Assembly: GCA_039621445.1 (NCBI GenBank)
Contig: CP154954.1
Location: 23,820,954 to 23,884,953, forward strand
Source: Euglena gracilis
Lineage: Eukaryota
Direction of reading: 5' to 3'
Length of the DNA: 64,000 nt
The translations under genes and the position numbers were made by a program. The notes below the pieces were generated by a model, which was not told where the DNA came from, searched no databases, and was given only the letters and a program-made list of their open reading frames with translations. Below are positions 33,871 through 47,882 of the stretch, in pieces (within the stretch, counting starts at the first letter, position 1; each line of letters opens with the position of its first letter).

Positions 33871-34403
33871 ACACATACCTCCCCCCCTTCCCAGGCGCTT
33901 TGCCCGGGCCATTATTGAAGGTAAGGCCAGGGGGCCAACCTTAGGGGGCCAAGTTTGCACGTAAGGAGGGGGGGCCGAGCGCCCGGGTGGGGGCAAGTGC
34001 CAAAGGGCGGTATGTATGTATGTACGCATGCATGCATGCATACCTGCATCTATTTATGCAACAACATAATTGATGAATTTTTTCAGGCATTATATATAAA
34101 TATCTGTGATTAATGCATCGACATGACAAGCACAAAACAAAGCATTGTATTTGAAGTACAAAAATACACAAAGACGCAGGTTGGGGAGAAGGTAAAGAGG
34201 CCAGCAAACCAAAGACAGATCAAATTTCAAATGGAACATGGAGAAAACACAAGCTGAGGAAGGAAATACCGGACAAAAAATCCGTACAATATAGCATAGC
34301 CTGACCCCCGTAGAACTTTTCTTTTTTAAAAAGAATGGTTCTGACTCTGAGCACAGCTCAAATGGCAGAATGTCAAAAATCTCGGTGTCATGTTGCAAAA
34401 CCC

Positions 34404-37400
34404 CTACGAGTTCTTCGGATGGTGGGCCATCGCCCCGGTTGTGGGATTGGGTGCACGGTTGCGGTTACAGCTAAAAATAACAAATAAAAGGTAAATTTTA
34501 TGAATCAAATAATAATACACCGAGAAATAAATCAGTGCAAAAAAAATGGACCAAAACCATCTCTTCTCAGTGCCGGGGTGAGCCAGCACAGTTTGGTGGC
34601 CCATTCCGCTGTTCTTTTGTCTTCAGACAGTGAAAAAAGCCCAGAAGAAGAAGACAAGGGGGGAGATGAAACAAGATGGAGAAATACCCCTGTCCAACGA
34701 CCACTGATATTCTCCTTCACCAGGGGGCAGTCGTTAAAAAAGGCCACACTGCCAAAATTCAGCTAAAATTTGACAAAAGCCCCAAAAAGTTGCCGAAAGT
34801 GGACAAAACTGGCAAAGAAAAAAAGTGGCAAAACGAATGAGCCGAAAAGGGCCCAAACCAGCACAAATGACCCGTTTTTGCCCACCTGGGTGGTCCATTC
34901 CCCTCCTCTACCCCCCCCCTTGGCCAGACGTTTGGCCATTTGTCGTGATCTTGCAATGTCCAGCCGCCACAATTTTACTCATTGAGGGTATCGTACCCGC
35001 GTTTTGGGGACTGTCGTTTTTTTTTGTCATCATTTTTGGGCATTTTCAGCCAATTTACTGTGGATTCAAAAAATAATAACTTCCATAATTCTCACAATTA
35101 GTATTCACACTTATCTCATGCGACCATGCGCATCTGACCGGGGGGGGGGGTCGTTGGATTGGGGGGGGTGGGGGGTAGAGAAAGGGAAACTCTGGGAGTC
35201 GGAGATGACGACTTGCATACTTTCTTGGCATTTGGCATCTGTTTAAACTGCCTGGGAAAAGAAATAACACGCGGGTCCCTTTCTCCAGGCTGCGGAGTGG
35301 GTGGTTCCAAATGCTCCGTCTTCATCCGTGGGACGTGGTGGACCGCGAGCTGGGCAATGCCAGCCGTGATCTCCCTCGTTGCATAAAACGACGTCAGGAG
35401 GAGAGGCACACTAAACAGGAGCGGCCAAAAAGTTGAGTCCCAAAGACAATGCACGATACATCTCGTGGGGGGGGGGGCGGCGGGTAAAAAACACCAAAAA
35501 AAAGCACGTTGTAACACACTGCCCCTTCCTGCGCAAAGATGGTATACAGAGTCAAAGGGTGAGAAAAAGCGCAGTGGTGTGCGCGCACTTGTATGTTGTG
35601 GTCGGGTTGGTGCGTAGGTGGGTGAGGGGCACATTTGTCCATGTGCGTCGGTACAGCAAGCTCTGTCAAGGAACACCAGTGGGACCCCAGTCCCACTGCA
35701 CCCCGATAGTCCATCCAGCCACTCCACCCAAATACATCCAGATATGTATGTCGCGTATATGTATTCCACTTCCAAGAAGGAGTGGAAAACTTGAGGTAAT
35801 GATGCTGGTGGGCTCTTGGGGTTGGTTCTTTGCCGTAAGGAGGGGGAAGAAAATCAGGCCCTCTGTCGGTCTGCGGCAAACCCCCTCATCAAGGGCAAGG
35901 GCTGGTCAACGGCTGTCGGTCACAGGCAAGAAATTTTATGATCAGCTATTGGTCCATTAACCTTTCAAGGAAAAAAATACATGAAAAAAGAACTTGTTGT
36001 GCAAAAGACCGCAAAATTCTCGTTCAATTATTTGAAAAAAAAACCTCAAAAAAACCCGCCAAAATCTGGGTTTTTCCCTTATCACCTGGAAATATCCACA
36101 AAAAAGAACAAAGGAGGTATTTCATCGAATCAAATGCACTGATTTAGTCTGCACCAATGTTATCCATATCAAAAAATCTCCCCTCCCACCGTAGGGCATG
36201 AGCGCGACTGGCTTGAGTCCTCAGGCAGGTTGCAGCAAAGGATGGGAAGTTGGGGTGGGTCAACGCGGGGGTGGACCATACACCTCTCCTCCTTCGGTTG
36301 GCCCATGCCCAGGGTGGCGTGCCCTTCCCACCAGGCTTCTTTTAAGACCCCCCAGGGGGATTCCTTGCCACCCAGCCTGACGCAGGACCCCCCCCCCCTC
36401 CGGGAAGATCGGGCCATCTGAGGATATTTCCCCACAAAATTTTCAGCAGTTTGCGCCATATCCGTGACTCCAGCCCGCAAACAGAGTAATTGCTGGCGGA
36501 GAGGGGCTAAATCAAAGGGAGGTGAAAAGAGGCAAACCGCAGGAAGAAGCAAGCGCGAGAGTACAGAGGTTCCCACAGCTGGTGGGCGGCAAAAATGGCG
36601 CATTGGGGGTCCGGGGAGGGCGTTCCTCCCACAGAGCAAAACACAAGCGTCGGCCACACTTCTCAATTCGTCAATTCTCAATGCGCCCTCGCTGAGCAGG
36701 ATGCAGGCATCGCCACCCAGAGTGAGGGTGAGGCAGGCAGATGGACAAGAGGTCAAGCCCAGCGTGGGGGATTTGCCGCCGCAGCCGCCAGCCACCAGCG
36801 TGGGAAGAACGGGGATTGGGGTTGGGGGAAGAACGGGGGTTGGGCGCACGTGGACGACATGCAGCGGCAGAATGTTGGTGGGGCTGGAGGGGAGGCAGGA
36901 GAGGGAGGAGGGAAATGATGTGGGATGAGGACAGCCTCGCTGGCACTATCCCATGCCACCGGGAACTGAAGGTACGCAAAATAGACACAAGGAACAGCAG
37001 TATGAACGACACACCTTGTCGAAACAACAGGGTGCAAATGAAAAATGCCATGTGGCACCCCGGAAACGTATGTTTGACATGGGGAGGGGGTCGGTGTTAA
37101 TTCAACGGTACCGGACAATTTCAAAATATAGGCTCCCACTCAAGCCTAGCTTGCAGGTTGTTTTCAATCTGTGAATCGTTTTCAAAAAAAAGGTCTTGAA
37201 TGAGCCAACCGTGCGAACGTTTATATCTGTATATCTATCCCCAGACAAAATTTCCATTTAACCACGCATCTCCGGCACAAAGGGACAACAATACAATCAA
37301 AAAGCATTGATGCCTGGAACTAGAAACAGCAACTGCGGGAAGAGCAAAGGGGAATAATCTGGCAACAAAAGTTGCGATTACGATCTAAGTGCATCATTTT

Positions 37401-40400
37401 GTGCGGAATGACGCTTTTCGAGCTGGATACAAAATTTCCAACCGCTTGAAACTGCGATTCTCCTCAGAGAGTGTTGGGAATTGTGCATTTGAACGTTTAT
37501 TTGGTTAGACTAGAGTCTTGAACTTTGCTCCAAAGAGCCAACAACCCAGAAGAGGTTAAACTTCGCTCAACGTCATGGTGCCAATGCTTAATGCATTACG
37601 GTATGAGGGCAACTCTTTCGACACAGATAATTTGCTGGAGATTGCTTAAAATTCTTCTGAAACATTTGGCAAAACATTCTCAAAAACTTGGACTCTACCA
37701 GACAATGTTTCAAGTGCCGTAGAAATTGCAAGTCACATGTATTGTGTGGAATTTGTTGTGAGGTAGCACCTGGTTTGTTCCAGGTACGACAGACTGTCAC
37801 GAATTTTGCCGTTTTGTTACTCACTGCTGCAGGAAAATTGCTCAACAACAAAATTTTGATGCAACGCATGTGCTATTTACCGGTTCCTCTGTCCTCATGA
37901 GGCTACTGCAGAATTTTTGCATTTGCTATAAAAAAAATAATCCCAGAGTCTTTTTATATTTGGGTAAGTATGTGGTTCAAGGGCTTATTAAAGAGGCTGC
38001 CCCCTCCCATCACATTTGTGTCTTTCTTGGTGCTATTTGTGCTAATTACTGTCCCTGGCAAGATCCTGGCGATGAATGGATTTCGGAGAAAAGACACTGT
38101 GTGCGTCCATTGGCAAACCAGTCAAATACCCCTGGTCCAATGAACCACAAAATTGCCTCTACCAGCACACACAGATGTATGCCACATATGTCTCATGCGT
38201 TAAAGCCTGTCGAAGGTAGTCCACCAGAATTTCCCCAGCCAAATTGGACTAGCTGCAGTCCAGCCACCTTCCCCAGGAGGGTTATGCGAACCCTTAAGCA
38301 AGCCTGCCCAAGACAGAAAAAAAAACCACTTTGAAATGACCAAACGAGGTTGCCAAAAATGGACCAGTCCGACAAGCTGCTTGAGGTTGCCCAGATCCAT
38401 GCATCCAGGCCAACTCACAGGCGGAAACTGGAAGCAGGCTGCACTCTTTCCTAACCAGGAGAGGGAACGTGAAAGGAGGTTGTTACCCTGGGTCCCAAAT
38501 GTATGTGAATCTTACGTCGGCGCTTTTGGTTTTCATCATATTCATCTGAAAAAAATCGAATTTTTCCCCTGGAAAAGCAGGCATTCCTATGATCACCATT
38601 TTCCCACCTTTTTCAGCTTCTTTCTGGTGAACTTGCTCCATATGAGAATGAATACAAATAACAAAAATATTTTGTTGGTGTGTTGGTTGGGGGGGGGGGG
38701 GCTTTGCTCGCATTTTTCGAGCATCCTGCACGCCGCAGATGGGTTAGTTGCAATGAGTAACGCCATGGATAATGATTCCTGCAGGGCCTGGAGGGGGTTG
38801 TGTTAAAAGTGGGTTTAGGAATTAGGTATGGATTCATTGTTTGAAAAAACATGGTCTATCGTATTGTTTCTGTTTCTTTTTCCTTGAAAAATTTTTTTTT
38901 CTGACTCCTTTTCCACCTCTGATTTTTATACCACCTCTAACAATTTTCCATCATTTCCACAATTCCTATTTTTTTTGATTTTCTCCCTGGACACACAAAT
39001 TTGCAAAACCCTTTTCAAAAATCGCACGTGCACGCACATACGCACACACGTGCATACGTGGAAAAACAACAAAAACCATTTTCAACTGTTTCTGACCAAG
39101 AACTGATAACTGCATTGGTGCGGATGTTTAGATCCTCAAGACAGAAAGGGGGGGGAATGGTGGAAAGGCTTCACCGGTCTAGTGGTGTCGTGTCCAGCAA
39201 ACAGGAGGTGGAAAGTGGGCAAAGCGGCGGATTGCGCATGGCCATGGCAGCGGCAGTCGGCCGGGGCTCTTGCTGTCAGCCCCCGTCTTGCAGAGGGGCA
39301 TCAACGGGCTGGCTTCACCGGGCTGCCGGCGGGCCCTGGCACACTTGTGGGCAGGACAAAAATGGTCACTGCAACCATGCCTAAGCAGTACGTAGGCACG
39401 CGCTGGTTGGTAAACGTCCAGAACCCAAAAGGCTGCTGCAGTTCCCCGCCCGGCATGGACCACACACGTGGAGCTGCACCGCCGTGCCGGGTCCGGCTGG
39501 GGTAGCGGACTTGCGACTCCGACCGGCCTCCCCAGCCGAGATCGGTGGCAGACCCCTGCAAGCGCCTGCCATTGGACGGAGTGCTGGAATCTGCGCTGTT
39601 GTTTGTGGATCACACGGCATTGGACAATACACCTGTAACAGCCAACACCTTGGGTGATGAAAGACAGAGACAGAGAGGCAGACACATCCATCCATCAATC
39701 CATCCATCCATCCATCCATCCATCCATCCATCCATCCATCCATCATCCATCCATCCATCCATCCATCCATCCATCCATCCATCCCTCCATCCATCCATCC
39801 ACCCACGCCCACCCACCATCCATCCACCCACGCCCACCCACCCACCCACCCACCCACCCACCCACCCACCCAAACCCCACCACCCACCCCACCCTCCCTC
39901 CCTCCCTCCCTCCCTCCCTCCCTCCTTCCTCCCCCCCTCCCTCCCTCCCTCCCTCCCTCCCTCCCTCCACCTCCCTCCCTCCCACCCACGCCTACCCACC
40001 ATCCATCCACCCACGCCCACCCACCCACCCACCCACCCACCCCCCCCCCCTCCCTCCCTCCCTCCCTCCATCCATCCATCCATCCATCATACACAAACCT
40101 TCTGCAATCCCCGGTTTATCAGCAAACACCCAAAATAAGAGGCTGCAGGTTGATATTTGGGGGGGGGGTATTATTCTGCCATTTTTTGTCAAAATCAAAT
40201 ATTGTCCAAAACAAATGACACTCTTTATTCAGTTCTTTGGGTTTATTATATGCTGGATGTTCCTGGTGTGCGCAAACCCAGCCTCATTGATCATGTGCGT
40301 TTGAACTCATCTGATTTTCTCTTGTCTTCGTTCCTTCGTCTTTGTTGTGGACTGTGGGAGTGTTCATAATTTGGGCAGCTGGAATCAGCCCTTTGGGGTT

Positions 40401-42813
40401 TATTTTATCTGGGGTTAAGCATTGGAGGAGGTTGCGTGATCCCTTCACACACACCACACACCACACACCACACACCACACACCACACACCACACACAACC
40501 ACCTCACGTCCGATTTGACAGCATTCTCAGCATTGCTGTGTGTACACCATTGGTGACCATGAGCCCAACCACCCAACAAATCAATGTGGCACCCGGCATT
40601 GCCGCAGAGGACTGGTGGCCTTCGCCTGCGAGGGAGCCTTGGGACCCGCTGCGTACCAGCGGGCCGAAGTTGTGCACTGAGCTGGGAGCAGACTTGGGGG
40701 CAACTCTCTGGGGCTGAGGGGCAAATCGTGGGACGTTGGAGGATGTTTGGGGAAATCCTCCGCTTTCCCCCCTCCTTCTCACCCCTGTAAGGCCTTACGG
40801 AAATGATCCTTTCTGTTCGAATTGTGCATACTGGACCACCTGTACACATTGGCGATGGATCATCAACATAAAAAAAAAACACTAAACAAAAAGAACATCA
40901 CAAAAACTATGGTAGGAACCTGTTGCGATTCTTTTCTCAAAAAAAAACGCACACGTTAACTGCGTTCAAAATGGCAGGAAGGCCCTGCCCACCGCAAACT
41001 TAGGGTGACTTGTGCTCAAGTCTGGCCCTGGGAGGGACTGCGAGCCATACTTGACCGACCGGGGCCACCACTGACCGGACTGCGTTGCCAGGGCGGAGTG
41101 AGGGGATGTTGCCCGACCTGGCACTTGGCTCGGCCACCGACAAACTGCGCTGTCTTGCAATAACAAAGCCAGAATAACACCCTCAACGTGGCATTGGGAA
41201 TACACAACGATGATGTGGAAAAGCAGACACGACCTTGTCACACATCAAAAATCGCTGCACAGTCACAGGATGTGGTGTAGGAGCTGCCAAAGCAGAAATT
41301 GTTGTTGCCGGTCACAGATTGCTCATAAAATTTTGACATCGTGCTGGTTTGTGATCATCCTTGGTTTCTGTGGCATAAATTGCTGGGGCATCAATCCTGT
41401 GCATTCACCAGACTGTGTCTATGACTTCTGGGGGATAAAGAAGAGTTGAGTTGGACGAAGCACTTCGGAAGACAAGGCAAATAATTGGAGGCTTTTGTTC
41501 GTTCCTCCCTGGGTGTGCGGATGCGGCCGGAGGCGGGCAATCACATGAGTCTGCGCCGTCCACCGGCACCCCTGTCGGCTGGGGCTGGTCCATCGTGAAA
41601 TGGAGCGACCCCTCGCTGCAATGGCGGGCGGTAGCTTCAAAACCTAAGTTCAAAAAAAAGGGAAAAAAGAAAAAGGAAAGAAAAACAACAATGAACTGAA
41701 ACTTCTGGGATTCCTTTTACAATTGTGTAAAAGTAAATTAATCACAGGAAAGCAGGGAAGCCATTGGCTCCACAGTTCGCAATGGTGGCAGTGTCTGATG
41801 GTCTTAAGCAGCCTGTCCGCCTTGGGCCGGTGTTCAGCAAAGAGGCACACCGCCCCTCCCCTGTTTGCCCAAACAAGGTGAGTCGAGGATCGTGCAGGCT
41901 GACCCAACTACCTCCCCCCCCTGGGGTATTGACCTGGGTCAAGTTGAGCCCAACAGAGGAGGAGGTCAACTTCGGGGGGTCACGTTGGGCTCAGGGGGGG
42001 GGTCACTTTCCCCGTCACATGCCACGTAACTGGATGAATGCTCGTGACACCCTATCACCATCGGAATGTTTTCCTACAGAAATACCGTCTTCGTCTGACA
42101 ATGTAAGGAAGGTACCCAGCTAACAACAAAAAGTGCACTCAGCCACACCCCATGCAGCAAATAAACCCGCCCCCCCTAATAGAAGCGCGGGGCTGTTGCA
42201 AGCGCAGGGTCCAAATAACAGCGCACCCCCCGCCAACGAAGGCGGCGGTCCACTACAAGCGCACCCCCCATTTTTGATGGGATTTCAAAAGGAGATAAAC
42301 AAAAATCGGGCAGGAAGGGTCCAAATAGAAGCGCACCCCCTGCCACCAGAGGCGGCAGTCCGCTATAGGTGCACCCGTGCTTCTATTAGGGAGGGAGGGG
42401 TTAACGAAGTTGGGGCTCATTGGCATGCCTACATCTCCATTTTTCGGCTGATTCATGGCACAAAAGTGCCCGGATTGGACATACTTTTCGGCCACCACCA
42501 CACAGTAGCCTGTAATCGCGCATCGCCAACACAAATTTCAATCAAGAAGAATGACCCCAAAATCAAAACACTTTATTTGCAGTTCCTGGTGGGTTGAGTT
42601 AAAGGCAGCTGCCAGATTTAGGCAGGCATCTTTTCTAGCTCCAAGAGGCAAGTAATGGCGCAGAGTTGCCAGTTGCAGTGAGACCGCAATGCCCTCGATG
42701 GGTGTGGGCAAGGGCGCTGGTGGGGCTTGCTGCAGCATCCGCAGCCGGGCCGTGATGCGGCGCCGCTTGACCCACCAGTAGAAGCGGAGGACAGGATTCG
42801 CCCTCCGTCGCAT
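34404..42813 (-). CDS. Hypothetical protein, multi-exon, with a basic Arg-rich N-terminus (possible organellar targeting)
   Basis: ATG 42813 ([29 protein letters not shown]) lies 12 nt after a CAG. GC-rich exon-like islands occur near 41540-41630, 41030-41130, 40560-40680, 39390-39500 and 35310-35390 ([27 protein letters not shown]), with a candidate last exon AMAHHPKNS* at 34404. No family recognised and the frames of the middle exons are uncertain. Confidence 0.45.
39685..40090. repeat. Compound (CCAT)n/(CCCA)n/(CCCT)n microsatellite
   Basis: Directly visible; it explains the low-complexity ORFs here. Confidence 0.95.
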
Positions 42814-44429
42814 GGCCGGCGTGGACTGCGCCGGCCGATCGGCGGATGCAGAAAGAATTCGGAGGCATTTAATTGCTTTTCGTTTTCATTTTCGTCATCA
42901 TCGTTTTAGCGTTCCAAATCACACCCTCGCCCTTGTGGGCTGGGTGACAATCTCCATGCATGGGGTATGTGATTCACGCCAACAGCAAGCCTGGGTGAGT
43001 TGAGATCCAGGACGCCAGAAAAAGCGACTTTAGAAAAGAACTGCAATAAAATCAAACTAAATTAATTTTATTCATTTTTAGGTTCCGGTGGATCAAGAAT
43101 CAAGATAGTTAAAATACTTTCTGTGGTTTTGTAGAGTTTTGCTCTTTTTGGAATCTGCCCGTTCCAATACACAAACATGTCTGTAAAAAATTCAGGGCAG
43201 GCTTCGGATTAGGGAAATAATAAAGATTCAGGGGGCTACAGTAAAACAAATGGTTTTGTGCAATTGCTTGACTAAAAATAAAGCGAAATTTATGGCGGAC
43301 CCTAAAGTTAGACACACCCCTGGGAAAGACTGTACCGTGACACCCCCCCCTTGTCTAAGCTCCGGAAAAGATAGGTAAGAACCGGGGGGGGGGTGCTTAT
43401 TTTGCCAAAATATGGGTAAGAACCGGGGGGGGCGGGTGCTTAGACAAGGGGGAAAAATTTGACTGCAGAAAAAATCCGGCGCCGAAAAGAAAAATTCCCT
43501 TTATTTTGGTCCACTGTTGAACTTACACACATTTGGATGCAGAAATAAACAATATCTCACCAAATCAGGTCTCAGAAGTTGCAGATATTTCGAAATTTTT
43601 GAGAAATTTCCCTTAAAAATGCACACAAAATAAACCTCCCCGCGACGATGACCTTCAAAGGTGGGTAAGAACCGGGGGGGGGGGTGCTTAGACAAGGGTG
43701 GTGCTTAGACAAGGGGGGGGGGTAATTCAGCGAGTAAACCACCATCTCATGACCGCCCATTACCACCCCCAACGGGGGAGCTCTGGAGGCTTGGTCAGGG
43801 CCATATGTGAAGGGAAGGCCAGAGGGCCAACTAGGGGGGGGCAACGTTTATGTTACAAATGTTGCATAGAGCACGCGAGCGAAAATGGCCAAAGGGCCTA
43901 AAACGATGGGGGGAAGGTCAAAAGTTTAAAGAGTTTCAGAAGCTCCGAAGGTAAAATTTGGGGGGGGGGGTGGAAAATCTGCATTCAAAGAGGAAATGGG
44001 CCAAAAGTACCTGGGGGGGATGGTATTCCTGTTTCTCAGTTGCCAAATTCTTCGCAGAGGTTGGTACAATTGTTCTTTGCAGGAGCTCTTTTCCCCTTTC
44101 CCCGCTGTTTCCCACGATGTTTTGAATTCAACTCCAACATGCACGGTCGCAAATATTGACGTCTTTCGCTTCCTTTCACAATCTTAAGATCCTAAGGGTT
44201 TTTGCCTATTGGCCAGAAAAAAAATACACGTTTTTGCTCCGTTTCCTACCCGCCCACCCATTTGCCCACAAACCAGGATTCTGCAACATCTGACCGGGAG
44301 GGGAGGGTGAAACGCACCCCCTCGGTGCTCAGTATACGGGCAAAAGGGGGCGGGTTGCAGCTGCTCTGTCTGTGGTCGATCTGAATCTGAGAAAGAAAAG
44401 ATCGAAAATGTTTGGACATGAGCAGGGGG

Positions 44430-47400
44430 GAGGCTGGGAGGGGTCGGCGAAGCCTGAGCACAAGGCAGCGATGGCAACGCAACAGGTCAACGCCAGATGC
44501 CAAACAATGAAGGAGGCAGCAGTAATGTGTGTCATTGACCCCCCCGCATTGGGGGAATGGGAGGTAGATGAAATCTATATTGTATCAAGCAAACCAGAAA
44601 ATATACATCGCTCTGGCCATTCTCTTCCTTCAGCCAAGACGAACCCTGTGTATTTGTTTGATGCAAATAAAAAAAAAAGCAAACAGCATCAAAAGCAGAA
44701 TTCCAAATGTGGACTCCCAACAGTTTCCTTGAAAAGACCACTTGGTCGACACCCGTTATATCTTACCATAATCAGCACTTCAGACGTCAAAATATTGTTT
44801 GTGCATGAAAAGAAATGCCATCCAAAAAAAGATCGTGAATCAGAGAACAAAATACGATGCTTTATTCACCTCAATCACCACTGTTTCTACCAATCACCTT
44901 CAAGCAGGCGGCGATCGGCAACTTCCCGCGTAGCAAATTGGCAAGCATAGGGCCAGTGACAAACTTTGCATGCAGGAAACTTCGCGTTATTTGCCGTGTC
45001 CATTTCGACCGCTGTGGGTGCGGTGTTTCCTTTGGCAGGTTACCTGTAACAGCTCCCACCTTGCCCTCTTTGGAAGCGTGCGAGTTCCCAATGAAGACCC
45101 GAAAGGATGGGTCGGTCCCTCTCGCGTGTGCCGCCTGGCCACGGCGATGGCGATGGACACGACCCCCACGAGGGTGAAGTAGAACTGGGAGATGCAGTTG
45201 TTGAACGAGTTGCCGCAGACCTCCCCCGCGTAGCAGCACCACCGCGCGGTCCCCCTGGGGAGGGAAGGGGAGCATGGTGGTGGATGGCAGATTCGGACAC
45301 AGCCAAGCACCTATGACAGATTCCAAATTTTAGCCCACGGTCGGCTGCGGTCGGCCGCGGTCGGCTGCGGTCGGCTGCGGTCGGCTGCGGTTGGCTGCGG
45401 TCGGCAGCGGTCGGCAAAGTAGTTGGCTGTAGGTGGGGGGTAGGCCAACAAAAAATGAGCATATATCACAATCACACAATCCACTGTTGCCGACTTTTGG
45501 CCACTTTTGGCTGCTTTTGGCCAGTTTTTGGCCACTGTTGCCGACTTTTGGTCGATTTTTGCTGCCTTTGCCCATTATTTCCTGCCTTTTGCTTTCGTTT
45601 GGTCACTTTTGTTGCTTTTGCCCACCTTTTGCCCAAAAATGGTCCAAAATGACCCTGCTTTTGGCCGATCCGGGTCACTTTAGCAGCTTTTGTTCACTTT
45701 TGGCAACAAACTGGCGCAAAATGCTCAAAATGGTCAAACTCGACAAAAAAGAGACCAAAAAATGGGCAAAAATAACAAAAGAAAAGGTCGAAAGTGGCTT
45801 TATATGGTCAAAAATGGCCCTAAATGGCCCAAAATGGCCCAAGACCAGGACAAAATGGCCCAAAATTACAAGAAGTGGGCAAAAAGTGGCCAAAAATGGT
45901 CAAAATAGGTCAAAATGAGTGAATTATGGTGGCAAATGGGCCAAAAGGGGACAAAAGCGACCAAAAATGGCCAAAAATGGCCAAAAGTGGCCAAAAGTGA
46001 CAAGTGGCAACATGAGCCAGATGAGCCAGAAAAATCTCAACATCTGGGATAAAAATGAGCCTAATTCCTCATTCTCACTGAAAAATTGACATCAATTAGA
46101 AAAAAGTTGCGCGGTCGGCTGCGGTCGGCTGCGGTCGGCTGCGGTCGGCACCCCACCTATGACAGTCCTGAAACCCGCGTCCGGGCGCCGGCGGTTGCGG
46201 CCGTCTGCGGTCGGCTGCGGTCGGCTGCGGTCGGCATAGGTGCCTGGACACAGCTCAAAAGGGGGAAAGGCGTTATATGTCCCGTGGTTTGGCACAAGTG
46301 GTGGGGAAGGGAGGCTGTTGTTGGGGGTTATGGCGAGATGGCAATATTTCGTACAATAGATAGCAATGATTATTTTATGACCCGCGATGCCTTTGTGTGT
46401 CCAATGACAGGGCCATATTGAGGTGACAAGTTCCACAGAGGCAATTGTGAATGGAACGCACCTTTCAAGAAGGCTTCACATGCAGGGTGCCCCCCTAAGA
46501 CAAGGGGGCCCCCTGGAACCCCCAAAAAATTCTTCACCGGCGCTTTGCAACAGAAAAAGTATGTTTTTATCATCTGTTTTGTAAAGTTGGTAAAAAAACC
46601 CCTGAAAACGCAGTTCGGGCTTTTTTTTTGAAGCACTCAAAAATTTCCAGCGAGTTGTGCTGGGTTCTTTTCCCGAGGGGAAGGGGGGGGTCATCCTCCC
46701 CCCCCCCGTCCCGCTGGGGAGAAGGGGTCCGAGACCGCCCCACACATTCCCTCTCTTGCCTTCCCACAGCAATGCCATTAAATTGGAAATGGTCAGGAGG
46801 CGAATTCCCGTTTCCTCCTGCCCATTTGAAAAAAATTTTGGGGTTTTGCTGTGCGTGCTCTCCAAACCTCCGCAGAACCCTCCTTCCCATCATCAACGTC
46901 CACAAAAGAGGCAGTTTTTTTGCGACAGCCGCTCCCCGCTCTCGTGTTGGTGCTTGAGACCCCCCTTTCGGGTCGCGTTGCGTTTCAACGTGCAGCAGAA
47001 GTAGGCTCCATGAAACGTCACCTAAAAATTGCGGGAACCTTTGGCCGATTTCGCCTTCGGCTAAAAATTTAGGCACCTTTCTGCTCGCTTTGTCCTCAGA
47101 AGTCCTTTATCACAAACCAAAGCACCAGAGGAAATGGTCCAAAAATGGACCTTCCCAGAAACTATTCGGCACTTTCGACAAAAGCCCCAGGTTGGGGCTT
47201 CTTTTGGGGGCTGGCTACTAATGGGGACGGGTGCTTCTGTTAGAGGCAGGGGTTTTCATCAATCTCCAGATAATACTCATATCAGAAGATAGAAATTCAC
47301 CAAATGTTTCACAATCCCTCTACAGCAACCCCTCTAGTCAAGGCTAAATCCAGTGTCGCTGCTGCCTGCGACCTGTGACAAAAAAAAGCATTTTTTTGAT

Positions 47401-47649
47401 TTTATGCCACTGCTCATCGTCACTCCTTTCCGGATCTGTGCTCCAGTTCTGGATTTCAACAATTCTTCGCAAATTCCCATTTTATCCTTCGACCTCAGAC
47501 GCCACACGGCTGCCCGGCGTCACACACCGGCACAAGCAGGCGGCCGAGCCGGAGGGGTTTTCGTCGCAGTACTGGATCACCCCGTAGCAGTCCTGGGCGG
47601 CGGTCTGGGGCAACAGGCACGCTGCCAGCAGCCATCGCCGGCGGCGCAT
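44430..47649 (-). CDS. Small Cys-rich secretory-pathway membrane protein (signal peptide, Cys-rich ectodomain, TM segment(s)); 3' end uncertain
   Basis: Exon 1 reads MRRRRWLLAACLLPQTAAQDCYGVIQYCDENPSGSAACLCRCV (47649-~47495). The next exon reads RWCCYAGEVCGNSFNNCISQFYFTLVGVVSIAIAVA (~45135-45255). Further hydrophobic candidates lie near 44900-44935 and 44440-44525. Confidence 0.55.
45304..46246. mobile_element. Non-autonomous hAT-like element, 943 bp
   Basis: CAAGCACCTATG...CATAGGTGCCTG with a perfect TSD GACACAGC and subterminal (CGGTCGGCTG)n arrays at both ends. Confidence 0.88.
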
Positions 47650-47737
47650 GCTGGACGGGGAGGGAGGGCAGCGCAGGGAGATAGGCAGAGAGATATGGGG
47701 TGGGGTCACTTCACATGTGGGATGCCACTTGGCATAC

Positions 47738-47882
47738 CGGGTGTCACTAGACATATGGGGTGTCACCTGACATATGGGGTGTCACCTGACATATCAGGTG
47801 TCACCTGACATATGGGGTGTCACCTGACATATGGAGTGTCACCTGACATATCAGGTGTCACCTGACATATGGAGTGTCACTG
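47738..47882. repeat. Minisatellite with a 17-19-bp unit GTGTCACCTGACATAT(GGG/CAG)
   Basis: About 8 tandem copies visible. Confidence 0.9.

Noticed and set aside
37688-37900. Cys cluster [18 protein letters not shown] suggesting a transposon zinc finger
   Set aside because: It is too short, and I could not identify supporting motifs or element ends.
39381-40304. HPSI/MDGW-repeat ORFs
   Set aside because: They are translations of tetranucleotide microsatellites. The same applies to the ORFs at 17.9-18.2, 33.6-34.0, 56.1-56.6 and 63.3-63.9 kb.
47738-47882. Short palindromic repeats as a CRISPR or operator array
   Set aside because: They are head-to-tail minisatellite units without spacers.
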